A DNA stretch of 64,000 bases from positions 65,800-129,799 of the forward strand of contig CAZZHR010000002.1 in the NCBI GenBank assembly GCA_964654205.1, read 5' to 3'. A model generated the notes under the pieces. That model did no database searches, was not told the origin of the DNA, and saw only the letters and a program-made list of their open reading frames with translations. Source of the stretch: an uncultured Candidatus Saccharibacteria bacterium (GTDB lineage Bacteria; Patescibacteriota; Minisyncoccia; Phycocordibacterales; UBA2100). The position numbers and the translations under genes are program-made. Shown one piece after another: positions 36,651-46,659 of the stretch (its first letter is position 1; each line of letters begins with the position of its first letter).

Positions 36651-37913
36651 ATGAAACAACGCCTGCTGGGACTGATAGATCAGGCGAGCGGGTTGCTCCG
36701 CACGGATCTCCGCTATTCGATGTCGGGCGGCTTTTTTCTTACGGCCATGCAAATCACGAGCGCTATCATCAGCTTTGGCCTCACAGTAGCGTTCGCCAAC
36801 CTGCTCCCGGTTGATACATATGGTACGTACCGGTACATGCTCGCAGCATACGCCATCCTTTCCATCTTCGCGCTCCCAGGCATAGAGACCGCCCTCATGC
36901 GAGCAGTATCCGTCGGCAAGGAAGGTGCGTTCGCAGAAAGTCTGCGGACCAAATTCCGGTGGGGATTACTAGGCTCGCTCGCCGCCGTCTTCTACGCTGG
37001 TTATCTTTTCTCTCAGGACAGCATGGTAATGGCCGGCCTTTTCATTGTCGTTGCACTCATGCTCCCGGCGATGGAATCCCTAGCCCTGTACAGCACCTTC
37101 TTCAACGGCAAGAAGCTTTTTCGACAGTGGGCTGCGTTCGATATTGCCGCGCAGCTGCTGTCAGTAACGGCGCTCGTTGGGGCGATGATCGCTACGAAAA
37201 ACATCGTAGCGCTCCTGCTCGCCTACTTCCTGCCATACATCATCGTCCGCGTAATCGGAAGCTGGTACGTGAAGGAGTATCACGTGACAAGCGACACACC
37301 AGACAGCGAGCTCATGCCGTACGCTAAATCTGTTACATTCTTTCAAATCATTTCGAAGATTTCTTCCTCGCTCGACCAAATAGTCCTCTACCACGTGCTA
37401 GGTCCCGCGCAGGTCGCCATCTATTCGCTCGCGATGGCTATCCCGAATCGGGCTCAGGGATTATTCAAAATCAGCGGTATTCTCGCGTTCCCCAAATTCG
37501 CCGCCCGAACGAGCGGAGAAGTCGTGTATACGCTACCGAGAAAGATGCTTCTTTTCGGTGCCGGCATCATGCTTGTGTGTGTGGTGTACGTGCTTATAGC
37601 GCCGTACCTATTTGCACTTCTCTTCCCACAATATATGGCATCTCTCACCTACTCGCAGGTCGCGATATTCTTTACACTTTCTGCCGTGACCTACCCGTTT
37701 AGTTCGTTCCTATTTTCGCATAAAAGACTCGCGGAGAATTACGCAATCTCGCTCGGGAGCTTCTTCAGTAAAATTATTGCGCTCGCCGTATTCGTTCCTT
37801 TTTACGGTATCTGGGGCGCGATTATTAGCGTCCTAGTCGCGTCCGCTACCACAACCACGATATCGGTCATCGTACTGTGGCGCGAGCGACGCAGCTCTCC
37901 TGTCGCTTCCTAG
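36651..37913 (+). CDS. Oligosaccharide/polysaccharide flippase, Wzx/MOP family
   Basis: 420 aa, about 12 TM. N-terminal region typical of RfbX/Wzx polysaccharide biosynthesis proteins. Confidence 0.65.
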   Translation: MKQRLLGLIDQASGLLRTDLRYSMSGGFFLTAMQITSAIISFGLTVAFANLLPVDTYGTYRYMLAAYAILSIFALPGIETALMRAVSVGKEGAFAESLRTKFRWGLLGSLAAVFYAGYLFSQDSMVMAGLFIVVALMLPAMESLALYSTFFNGKKLFRQWAAFDIAAQLLSVTALVGAMIATKNIVALLLAYFLPYIIVRVIGSWYVKEYHVTSDTPDSELMPYAKSVTFFQIISKISSSLDQIVLYHVLGPAQVAIYSLAMAIPNRAQGLFKISGILAFPKFAARTSGEVVYTLPRKMLLFGAGIMLVCVVYVLIAPYLFALLFPQYMASLTYSQVAIFFTLSAVTYPFSSFLFSHKRLAENYAISLGSFFSKIIALAVFVPFYGIWGAIISVLVASATTTTISVIVLWRERRSSPVAS

Positions 37914-38865
37914 CAATGCAGTACAAGGATATGTAGCGCTTTCTTGTCGGGAGCATGACGAGGTAGATGATGATAGCTGGTATCCCAAATAGAACCGCGT
38001 CCTTCATCGACGCAAGTGTCGCAGTAACAGATATGACTCGCTCCTTCGGACTTCCTATATGAATGTGGCCATCATTCCGGAGTGCGCGCTTGGTTTTGTC
38101 GACAAGACCGAAGGAGAATGCTGTGCCATAGAGGAACCGCAACTTCACAATAAGGTAACGCAGCCCACCGAAGTATCGAGTCATGTAGACAATTTCGAAC
38201 CCATGTCGCTCAAGATACATTTGAAGAGAGTGTCTGTCCCAGCACGTGAGGTGTCGGGGTGGAAGGTCGCCGCGCATGAGCCAGTCGGCATGGTGCCTAT
38301 AAGGCATCGACATGGCGACGTATCCCCCATCTCGAAGTGATTGTTTGACCGCTTCGATAAAGTCGGCGTGATTATCGATATGTTCAAACACGTCAAAAAA
38401 TGTTACGAGGTCGAACTTTCTCTCTGGATGCTTGCGCGCATACTCAATGATGTCCCCGAGCTCGACATTGGGCAGTTGAAAAAGTGTGTTCGCGACCCGT
38501 ACCGCATCTCGATCAAAATCCAGCCCATAGGGATCCCATTTTTGAGAACGTGCGTAGTACAGAAAATTGCCCGTCCCACAGCCGACGTCGAGCACGCGGC
38601 CATACATCGGTGCGAGTTTCGAGATAACTTTGAGATGGTTCCAATTCGGCTTCATAAGCGGATCTCTGTTGCGACCGGCGTATCGTGTATCTTTTTCGTA
38701 CCATTCAGCGCCTGGATTTTTCAAAGGGGACCAAAACCACGCATCGCATGTGCCGCAGTCAAAGAGCATATAGGTTATGCCACTATCTTCGTGTGTGCGA
38801 CCGCGCGGTCTCGCATCGGTTGCTCCGCATAAAGGACATATCGATGCAGGTACCGTCTGTGCCAT
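37867..38865 (-). CDS. Class I SAM-dependent methyltransferase with an N-terminal Cys4 zinc-ribbon
   Basis: CPLCGAT...CGTCD, then VLDVGCGTGNF (motif I) and FDLVTFFDVFEHI. The start is uncertain (38865 or 38895). The listed ORF extends to 39357 without a plausible N-terminal domain. Confidence 0.55.
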   Translation of the reverse strand: MAQTVPASICPLCGATDARPRGRTHEDSGITYMLFDCGTCDAWFWSPLKNPGAEWYEKDTRYAGRNRDPLMKPNWNHLKVISKLAPMYGRVLDVGCGTGNFLYYARSQKWDPYGLDFDRDAVRVANTLFQLPNVELGDIIEYARKHPERKFDLVTFFDVFEHIDNHADFIEAVKQSLRDGGYVAMSMPYRHHADWLMRGDLPPRHLTCWDRHSLQMYLERHGFEIVYMTRYFGGLRYLIVKLRFLYGTAFSFGLVDKTKRALRNDGHIHIGSPKERVISVTATLASMKDAVLFGIPAIIIYLVMLPTRKRYISLYCIARKRQESCVARATVR

Positions 38866-38976
38866 ACAAGAAGTGAATGCGTGACACTTTAGCATGAATT
38901 GAACCGAGTGGCTTAGTCTGATAAGGTTGCTCTGGATGGGCTCTTTGACAGAGGGCCGCAACGAAGGGGTGAAACG

Positions 38977-40740
38977 ATGAAGAAAAAGTTCATCCTCGCG
39001 GCTCGCTATTACAGCATCGAGCCGCTGGGGATCCTGTACTTGGCCGGTCTCGTGAAAGCGATGCCGGACTGGGACTGCAAGGTGGTGCTCGTTCGCGAGT
39101 ACAATTTTGAGGAGCTCTACGATGCCGTGCGAAGCTGGCAGCCTGACCTGGTCGGCTTCCAGATCTGGACGGGATACCACATTCCCGCCTTCGCCGCCTG
39201 CGACCGCATACGGGGTATGGGCGTGCCCGTCGTGATAGGCGGCCCGCACGCTACGTACTTCTCGGATGAATGCAAGAAGCATGCAGAGTGGGTAGTCCAA
39301 GGAAGCGGCTTCGGCCTCCTCCAGAAGATACTCACGGGTCTTGGTGGCGGCGTTCACTTCGACAAGTCGGGCCGAGAAGAGGTTTTCCCCCTTCCTGACC
39401 GCGACGTCGTCTACAATGCGTATCCCGAGTTGGGTAACAGCCCGATTAAGAGCATCTTCGGCTCAGTCGGGTGCCCAATGACGTGCACGTACTGTTATGC
39501 GCCCTCGTTCAACGAGATGCATGGTGGCTTCAAACTAACCGTGCGTCCCGTCGACGACATCGTGCGCGAGGCGAAGGCGATCATGGAGCAGTGGCCACTT
39601 CGAATGGTCTACTTCCAGGACGACATTTTCGGGTACAACATCCGTTGGCTCGAGGAGTTCTCCAAGAAGTGGAAATCCGAGGTTGGAGTCCCGTACCACT
39701 GCCAGATCCGATTGGAGCTGACCCGACACGACAAAGGCGATCAGCGCCTAGACCTCTTCGCTGAAGGCGGCTGCAGCGGCATTACGCTCGCGATAGAAAG
39801 TGGCAACGCTTTTCTTCGCGACCGCGTGCTCTTCCGCCACATGCCCGACGAACTCATCGTCGAGGGATGCCGGAAGATCATGGATCGAGGGATGACGCTC
39901 CGGACGGAGCAGATTCTCGCGGTGCCCTTTAGCGACACGGTCACAGACCTCGCGACGCTCGACCTCAATAACCGTATCAGACCTACGATGGCGTGGACAT
40001 CGATCCTCGCCCCCTATGCCGGGACGGACATGGGCACGATCGCGAAGAATTTCGGATTCTATGACGGCAACAACGATGACCTGTCGGAATCTTTCTTCGA
40101 CAGGAGCGTACTCCGACATGTCGAAGGAGGCCCGCGGGACATCGAGGCAATCGTTGAAAAATCCGGAACTCCCGCGAACGTGCACGCGGCGAAGCAACCG
40201 CTTTTGAGCCTTCGGGCGCACAGGCGCAACAGCTACGACGCAGATGTGGTCGACAAGACTGGATTGAAGCACGGCACTATTCGGTATCTGGACCAGGTCG
40301 ACAACGAGAGGTACTGCAGGGACACCGTTCGTCTTCAGCGCCTGTTCAACTGGCTGGCAATGGTGCCGCAGGCAGCGAAGCTCGGACGCATGCTTGTGGA
40401 CATTCCGGAGGAGGAGTGGACATGGGCACGCATCGGCCGCGAGAGCGAGAAGCACCTGCACGATACGGGCGTCGGCGACGTGGAGTCATGGAAGCGCGAG
40501 CTTGCACGCGAAATGTCCGTCGAGGTATTGCCCGAGCCGATCGCTCAAAACATTCCGTTCTTCGCGCACTTCCCTGCGGGAGGCGTGCTCGCGCGGAGCG
40601 TGGTGGAAAAAGATGTCCTGCGTTCCACGAGAACGACGGGCGAGGCACTCGATGAACTCGGGACACTCGCGCGCCGGCACCTCTTCCACTTCGGCCTCTA
40701 CAAGATCGAAGAAGGATTGGCGCCGATCGCAAGTCGCTGA
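38977..40740 (+). CDS. B12-binding domain radical SAM enzyme (class B rSAM)
   Basis: N-terminal B12-binding-like Rossmann fold (VVIGGPHATY) and CPMTCTYCYAP (CxxxCxxC) cluster motif. 587 aa. Confidence 0.7.
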   Translation: MKKKFILAARYYSIEPLGILYLAGLVKAMPDWDCKVVLVREYNFEELYDAVRSWQPDLVGFQIWTGYHIPAFAACDRIRGMGVPVVIGGPHATYFSDECKKHAEWVVQGSGFGLLQKILTGLGGGVHFDKSGREEVFPLPDRDVVYNAYPELGNSPIKSIFGSVGCPMTCTYCYAPSFNEMHGGFKLTVRPVDDIVREAKAIMEQWPLRMVYFQDDIFGYNIRWLEEFSKKWKSEVGVPYHCQIRLELTRHDKGDQRLDLFAEGGCSGITLAIESGNAFLRDRVLFRHMPDELIVEGCRKIMDRGMTLRTEQILAVPFSDTVTDLATLDLNNRIRPTMAWTSILAPYAGTDMGTIAKNFGFYDGNNDDLSESFFDRSVLRHVEGGPRDIEAIVEKSGTPANVHAAKQPLLSLRAHRRNSYDADVVDKTGLKHGTIRYLDQVDNERYCRDTVRLQRLFNWLAMVPQAAKLGRMLVDIPEEEWTWARIGRESEKHLHDTGVGDVESWKRELAREMSVEVLPEPIAQNIPFFAHFPAGGVLARSVVEKDVLRSTRTTGEALDELGTLARRHLFHFGLYKIEEGLAPIASR

Positions 40741-40821
40741 ATTCGTTGCTTCACAGTTCTTCCGCCCCGGGCTTGTCCCGGGGCCTTTTCTTTTACTACG
40801 ATTCCTGGCTATACTCGCCGC

Positions 40822-41259
40822 ATGACAAAGAAACACCCTATCACCGTGGTTGTATCCGGAGGTTTCGACCCTGTACATATCGGCCACGTCCGAATGTTTC
40901 GCGAAGCCAAAAAGCTCGGAGACACGCTTATTGTGGTCTTGAATAATGACAATTGGGTGAAGGACAAAAAGGGGTACGTATTCATGCCCGCCAAGGAGCG
41001 GAAAGAAGTTATTGAAAGCATTAAATATGTTGATAAGGTCGCACTCTCATCTCACATACCAGGCGACGCGGACAAGACCATCGCGCGTGAACTGAGGCGT
41101 ATTAGACCCGATATTTTTGCCAATGGTGGTGGTGCGAAGCATATGCCTGGTAATGAACTCGACACCTGTCGTGAACTCGGCATTCAACTCGCTTACGACG
41201 TGGGGGGCAGAAAGAAAGTTCAGTCGAGCTCGCGGCTCGTACAAAATTCAAGGCACTGA
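40822..41259 (+). CDS. Cytidylyltransferase-like nucleotidyltransferase (stand-alone paralog of the N-domain of the 30868..31686 gene)
   Basis: VVVSGGFDPVHIGHVRMFREAKKLGD is nearly identical in motif to the fusion protein. 145 aa. Confidence 0.65.
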   Translation: MTKKHPITVVVSGGFDPVHIGHVRMFREAKKLGDTLIVVLNNDNWVKDKKGYVFMPAKERKEVIESIKYVDKVALSSHIPGDADKTIARELRRIRPDIFANGGGAKHMPGNELDTCRELGIQLAYDVGGRKKVQSSSRLVQNSRH

Positions 41260-41329
41260 TTGACAATAGTGATGTAAATCTGCATAGTTGCACCGGACCA
41301 TCCCGAAACGATTGGTGTGGGAGACAATA

Positions 41330-42205
41330 ATGCTGACATTAGATGCGGCCACGCTGCTCTCGCGAGCTGCGTACGGCCAAGACATGTTCGTCACGGAAGC
41401 CCAGGTGGCAGAGCGCGGCGAGCGACTCGCGATCAATGTTCCGGAAGGGGCGCGCGTCGCCACCAGTCGCGCGGAGCGGTGGGAGCTCTCGGCTACGAAC
41501 AATCCGAAGTGGCGCTGGTCGCAAGGCGGTGCGCTTCCACTCATGCGTCTGCGCGACGCGATCGTCGCTCCGCTTCAGCTCTCGGATTCGACGTTGCCCT
41601 TGTACGCCAATCACCTTACGGCGGCGACAGGGCTCGCGAGCTCACCCGAGGAATGGGTCAATCCCAGACGCCTTATGCGTGAAGCGTTCGAAGAGATCGC
41701 GATCGCGACGCCGACCGGTATAGCGATTCCCATCTTCAACGACCCCGAACTCGACACGCTTTCCTTCGGCACATTACCTGGGGTTCTGTCGCTCATCGAG
41801 ATGCAGAGTGACTTGCCAGACCTCTTCCACCTCGGTGTGTTCAACCGCGTGCGGGCGCAACACCTGCCACTTCGCGGCGAACGCTCGATTAGCGTGAGTA
41901 TTTTCGGAAGGATCGTCTCGCACATGCGAGCGGTCGCGGTCTTGGACGAGACGACGCGCGGAGTCGATATTATGCATGCGTATCAAATCGATCTGCGTGC
42001 GTGGAGGCTCGACGAGATCTCGCTCTTTTGCGCCGAGTCACGCGACGGTGTGCCGACCAATAGTGAGATCGCTTGTCTCGAGTTCAATGACGACTTCGAG
42101 CCTCTGCGAATCATCCGGTCGTTCAAGACAGGCAAGGCGATTGAGGGCACGGGCTCGATGGAGCGGATCTCGCCGGTTCTGAGGGCGACGCTCGCATCGC
42201 TCTGA
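41330..42205 (+). CDS. Hypothetical protein (~292 aa), no recognisable domain. Conspicuously GC-rich compared with its neighbours
   Basis: Long ORF with coherent codon usage. The start could be 41288 or 41330. Embedded in the glycan locus. Confidence 0.45.
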   Translation: MLTLDAATLLSRAAYGQDMFVTEAQVAERGERLAINVPEGARVATSRAERWELSATNNPKWRWSQGGALPLMRLRDAIVAPLQLSDSTLPLYANHLTAATGLASSPEEWVNPRRLMREAFEEIAIATPTGIAIPIFNDPELDTLSFGTLPGVLSLIEMQSDLPDLFHLGVFNRVRAQHLPLRGERSISVSIFGRIVSHMRAVAVLDETTRGVDIMHAYQIDLRAWRLDEISLFCAESRDGVPTNSEIACLEFNDDFEPLRIIRSFKTGKAIEGTGSMERISPVLRATLASL

Positions 42206-42285
42206 AGCACACGCAATCTTGCGAGCCCCGGCGACGCCGGGGCTTGTTCTTTTATATGAGCGCGCAATCGGCTACTATGCATGTA

Positions 42286-43419
42286 ATGAACAGAATCAGG
42301 GTCGCCATAATGACCGACGATTTTGATCCGCGACCAGAGCGGACTTTGTACTATCGCCGCCTCATTGAGCGCCTCATTGCATCCCCAGAGCTGGAAGTTA
42401 CCCTCGTCCATGCGAAAGCGGTGCCAGATGAACCGCTCTATGCGCAGACGCGCGAGGTCATCATGCCGCGTGTACAGCTGCCATTCGGTTCGCGATTCGT
42501 GGCATTTTTGCGCTACTGTTTGACCACCGAGGACCGATACGACATCGTGCACTGGCTGAAACCTCGTATTTTTCCTTTCTTCTGGCTTTTCCCAGCGAGG
42601 CGGATCATCGTTATGGCGCATGGCGGTGGTGACGTGTTTGTTCCAGGCATATGGACCCTCTCACGTCGCATATTTAACTGGACAATGATCTATTTTGGCA
42701 ACCGTATCCATACACTTATTGCAGTATCTGAGTACGCGAATAAAGAAATTGTGTACGCTTACAGAGCGCATCCGGAAAAAGTTGTGACCATCTATAACCC
42801 TGTCGATCCTCTGTACACACAGCCCTTTTCAGAAACTGTCGAGGCAGAGATCCGCCGCGAACACGGGCTAAGGGAGCCCTACTTCTTTTCGATAAGCCGA
42901 TTCCGCCTGCATAAAAATATTGGCCGTACTGTCGAGGCATTCGTGAGATACAGGACAGAACATCCCGAGAGTCGTGAACATCTTGCGCTCGGAGGTGGCT
43001 CGCTCGACGAGTTCGAGACGGCGTACGGCCCTCTTCTCGATTCCCCGTATACTAAGGATATCCACTTCCTAGGATATATCCCTTCCGAACATCTCCCAGC
43101 TCTCTACAGAGGCGCCACTGCGCTCGTATTCATATCGCTCAATGAGGGCTTTGGACTACCTGTCGTCGAGGCTATGGCCTGCAAGACGCCTGTCATCGTT
43201 TCGAATGTGACGTCGCTTCCTGAGATTGCAGGCGACGCTGGTGTCATAGTGGATCCGCAGAGCACCAGCGACGTAGCCGCCGCTATGTCCAGGGTCGCTC
43301 TCGATGAGCCATTTAGGAGGCAGCTCGTGGAGCGTGGGTACAAACGCAGTACATTCTTTACGTGGGACAAGAACTTCGCCTCTGTTCTCGCACTCTACAA
43401 ACGCGCTCTCTCTCAATGA
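42286..43419 (+). CDS. Glycosyltransferase family 4 (GT-B)
   Basis: C-terminal ISLNEGFGLPVVEAMACKTPVIVSNVTSLPEI (E-x7-E-type GT4 motif). The start may be 42244. Confidence 0.7.
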   Translation: MNRIRVAIMTDDFDPRPERTLYYRRLIERLIASPELEVTLVHAKAVPDEPLYAQTREVIMPRVQLPFGSRFVAFLRYCLTTEDRYDIVHWLKPRIFPFFWLFPARRIIVMAHGGGDVFVPGIWTLSRRIFNWTMIYFGNRIHTLIAVSEYANKEIVYAYRAHPEKVVTIYNPVDPLYTQPFSETVEAEIRREHGLREPYFFSISRFRLHKNIGRTVEAFVRYRTEHPESREHLALGGGSLDEFETAYGPLLDSPYTKDIHFLGYIPSEHLPALYRGATALVFISLNEGFGLPVVEAMACKTPVIVSNVTSLPEIAGDAGVIVDPQSTSDVAAAMSRVALDEPFRRQLVERGYKRSTFFTWDKNFASVLALYKRALSQ

Positions 43420-43811
43420 CTATGGAACTCCGCACACCACTTCCCGAAGCTCTCGATCGACTCTCAATCCTCACACTCAAGCTCGAACACACACCCGAGA
43501 ATGATCCTCGACGTACGAGCGTGAAGAAGGAATATGATTTTTATCGCGCCGTGGTGGAAAGCTATCGCACGGATGGTACTCCTGTACAGAACGCGTGGCT
43601 CGATGAGCTTGTAGCGGTCAATCGCACATGCTGGGATATGGAGGACGCCATCCGTGAAGGCAAGGAGGGAGGCCTTACACTAGAGGAAGTAGGTAGGCGT
43701 GCGCTTGAACTAAGAGATCTCAATAAACAACGCATCTCCGTGAAGAATCGGATTGCGAAGGAGTGCGGCCTCGACTTTTTCGAGGTCAAAATACGGCACG
43801 CGTCTGAATAG
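43416..43811 (+). CDS. Small hypothetical protein (131 aa), translationally coupled (ATGA) to the upstream GT4
   Basis: ATG overlaps the GT4 stop. Helical and charged. No known domain. Confidence 0.4.
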   Translation: MTMELRTPLPEALDRLSILTLKLEHTPENDPRRTSVKKEYDFYRAVVESYRTDGTPVQNAWLDELVAVNRTCWDMEDAIREGKEGGLTLEEVGRRALELRDLNKQRISVKNRIAKECGLDFFEVKIRHASE

Positions 43812-43814
43812 CTC

Positions 43815-44942
43815 CTAGGTTCGCTCTAACGCCTCTTTGACAATCTTGATCACGTAATCCACCTCGTTTTTCTTGAGCTTCGCATACATCGGGAGTGACA
43901 CAGTGCTGCCCGCAATCTTCTCCGCTATGGGAAAATCCCGTGTCTTGAATCCGAACTTCTTCTTGTAGAGCGTAAAAAGGTGGATAGGCGGATAGTTGAT
44001 GACGGCGCCAACACCGTGAGTATTCAAGTATGCGAGTACCGCGTCGCGCTTTTTCGCCTCCACCCAAATGGGAAAGAGATGGTATCCGTGAATCGCGCCA
44101 CGAAGCGCCTCCGGCATTTGAATAGCCAGATTCTTGAAACCGGCGCGATACTTTTTTGCCACCGCTTCTCTTTTTGCGCGCGTCGAATCCGCTTTTCTCA
44201 ACTGCGGCAAGAGCATGGCACCCTGTATATTGTTCATGTTTGCTTTCCATCCAGCCACGTTAATATCGTATGTCTTAAGCCCCGTCCTCTCGCGTTGGGC
44301 GAGCTCCGACGTGATGCCATGTGAACGCAATTGACGCATGAGCGCTGCGACATCATCGCTCTGCGTTGCAAACGCCCCGCCTTCGCCGCTTGTAATTCCT
44401 TTTGTCGCATAAAAACTAAAGCAGGCGCCGAATGACTTTTCGCCCGGCCGAATGCCATCGCGCTTAGCCTCAAGAGCATGTGCAGCGTCCTCGATGACAA
44501 TGAGCTTGTTCCTTTTTGCGATGGAAAGGATTTTCTTCATATCAACCATTTGCCCGTACAGATGGACGGGCAGTATGGCTTTAGTGCGCTTCGTAATGGC
44601 TTTTTCTATGAGGTCCGCGTTGATATTGCCCGTATGCGACTCAACATCAACGAAAACCGGTTTTGCTCCGGTCATCAAAATGACATTCGAACTCGCGACA
44701 AACGACATGGGTGTCGTGATGACCTCGTCTCCTTCCCCTACGCCGGCAGCAAGCAGCGCGAGATGCAACGCGCTCGTACAGCTCATAAGCCCGATTGCAT
44801 GTTTTGTGCCAAGGTATCGAGCGAGTGCCTTCTCAAACGCGTCCACGTCCGCGCCTGTCGTGAGGAAAAGTGACTGCAGCACACCATCGACGGCGGCGCG
44901 TTCCTTTTCTCCCACATTATGTTTAAAAAAAGCCACTTTCAT
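43815..44942 (-). CDS. DegT/DnrJ/EryC1/StrS-family PLP-dependent sugar aminotransferase
   Basis: Motifs DEVITTPMSFVASSN, PVHLYGQ, FSFYATKGITSGEGG (PLP-Lys region). 375 aa. Confidence 0.85.
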   Translation of the reverse strand: MKVAFFKHNVGEKERAAVDGVLQSLFLTTGADVDAFEKALARYLGTKHAIGLMSCTSALHLALLAAGVGEGDEVITTPMSFVASSNVILMTGAKPVFVDVESHTGNINADLIEKAITKRTKAILPVHLYGQMVDMKKILSIAKRNKLIVIEDAAHALEAKRDGIRPGEKSFGACFSFYATKGITSGEGGAFATQSDDVAALMRQLRSHGITSELAQRERTGLKTYDINVAGWKANMNNIQGAMLLPQLRKADSTRAKREAVAKKYRAGFKNLAIQMPEALRGAIHGYHLFPIWVEAKKRDAVLAYLNTHGVGAVINYPPIHLFTLYKKKFGFKTRDFPIAEKIAGSTVSLPMYAKLKKNEVDYVIKIVKEALERT

Positions 44943-44943
44943 A

Positions 44944-45930
44944 CTAGACCCTTGATACTTCGGAGAATATCTGTTTGAAAACTTCTATATTGTAGTAGCG
45001 CAGATTGGCGTAGTCGAAAGAAGCATCGTAGTGTTCGTCCAAACCTTTCAGTATCGATGCCACGGAGCCAGTTGGTCTAAATTTGAGCTCTTTCTTAGCC
45101 TTTTCTATGGTCGCGGTGTAATTGCGAAGATCTGGTGAGTTGAGTATCTCGAGTGCTATCTCTACACCGTGCTTCTTTTTAAAGTGCGCTTGTATCTCTT
45201 CGGCTACCGCTCCCACTGTGACGTTGCAACTCGCAATGTTAAACGTACCAGAAACAGCTTGTGGTGCCTCGATAGCGAGGATGTACGCCTGCACGGCGTC
45301 ATCCATATCAAGAAGCGGGCGACCTATCTTGGGATTGTCTACGACTATCTTTTTTCTCAGGCGGGCATTTTTGTACATCGCATTCACAAGGAGGTCGAAG
45401 CGCATGCGCGGACTCCAACCTGATACGGTACCTTTCCGAATCGCAATGACCGAAAAATCTTTGCTCGCGAGAGGCATAAGTGCTTGATTCGCCTGCGCCT
45501 TGGACGCGCCATACGGATACGCAGACGTGAGCGGCGCGTTTTCGTCGCACACTTTCCCGTCGGCATTGCCATACACAGAACACGAATCGGCGAATATGAA
45601 TCGATTGACCCCCGCATGGAGAGCTGCAAATGCCGAATACGCTGGAACGCCAAGATTGCTGATAAAGTTGTACGCGCTCGCATACTGCGCCATCGGATCG
45701 CTCGAGAGACCGGCGAGAAATACGACCGTATCAAACCCTTTAAAAAAATCCTGCGGCACCTTGAGTACGTCGGATTTTACTAGTGTTACGGACTCATCGA
45801 GATGGTTCCCAAACCAGCACGGATCGACGACCGTGACTTTGTACCCGCGCTCAAGCAGCTCGGGAACAAGTCTGGTCCCGATGTATCCTGCCCCACCTAT
45901 TACGCACAGGCTTCGAGGGCTCTTTGTCAT
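44944..45930 (-). CDS. NAD-dependent sugar epimerase/dehydratase (SDR)
   Basis: VIGGAGYIGTRL and YGASKAQA catalytic YxxxK. 328 aa. Confidence 0.75.
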   Translation of the reverse strand: MTKSPRSLCVIGGAGYIGTRLVPELLERGYKVTVVDPCWFGNHLDESVTLVKSDVLKVPQDFFKGFDTVVFLAGLSSDPMAQYASAYNFISNLGVPAYSAFAALHAGVNRFIFADSCSVYGNADGKVCDENAPLTSAYPYGASKAQANQALMPLASKDFSVIAIRKGTVSGWSPRMRFDLLVNAMYKNARLRKKIVVDNPKIGRPLLDMDDAVQAYILAIEAPQAVSGTFNIASCNVTVGAVAEEIQAHFKKKHGVEIALEILNSPDLRNYTATIEKAKKELKFRPTGSVASILKGLDEHYDASFDYANLRYYNIEVFKQIFSEVSRV

Positions 45931-45983
45931 GTTGGCTGTATAGTACGCACAATCGTGGTGTAAATCAAACGTACACGTCTCTC

Positions 45984-46649
45984 CTACTGTCCCGTGTCAC
46001 CCTGCTTATATATTTTTAGAATGTACGTGTGTCCATCGTGTGTAAAATGCGCAGGATATCGTTCGTTGTCGACCACTCGAAGCAAGTTGAATTGCTGGAG
46101 AATGGTTTGATGTATGTCGAGTTCGCTATCTTTGGATTTACGCTTCTTGTACCACGTACTTTCCCCCCGCTGCTCTCTCGGCTCATTGTGTGGATATGCA
46201 TCGATGAATTTAAGTGCGAGTTCAATGGTTTTTTGTCCTTGCGCTTGCTTCAGCTCTTCATTGAGTTCATGTCCTTGAAAATGAATAGTGTCCTTATAGT
46301 AGTACGGTCCCGAATCTACTTTTGCCACAGCCTCGAAGAGCGTTACAGGGATATCATTTTTACCCTCCAATATTTGCCAGGTCAGCGGTGAAAATCCTTG
46401 GCCGAGCGGGAGATCGCTCGGGTGAATCACGATGTTGTGCCTGTGTTTTTGTAGCGTGGACTCCGGCACAATCTTGTCGCAGCTAAGTATGAAGAGGATG
46501 TCGCCTTTCTCTATATCATTTTCCACCCCGAAAATTCTTACTGAGTGTCCTCGCGACTCGATGGCCAACTTAAGTTCAGCAATGTAGGGGTGTATCCAGC
46601 TATTTGGATTATCAACGAATATCGATATTGAGAGGTTTTGCTTTGCCAT
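45984..46649 (-). CDS. Formyltransferase (sugar N-formyltransferase / Fmt-like N-domain)
   Basis: HNIVIHPSDLPLGQGFSPLTWQILEG matches the HxSLLP..RG core of formyl transferases. Start at MAKQNLSISIF. Confidence 0.65.
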   Translation of the reverse strand: MAKQNLSISIFVDNPNSWIHPYIAELKLAIESRGHSVRIFGVENDIEKGDILFILSCDKIVPESTLQKHRHNIVIHPSDLPLGQGFSPLTWQILEGKNDIPVTLFEAVAKVDSGPYYYKDTIHFQGHELNEELKQAQGQKTIELALKFIDAYPHNEPREQRGESTWYKKRKSKDSELDIHQTILQQFNLLRVVDNERYPAHFTHDGHTYILKIYKQGDTGQ

Positions 46650-46659
46650 AGCGCAATTA

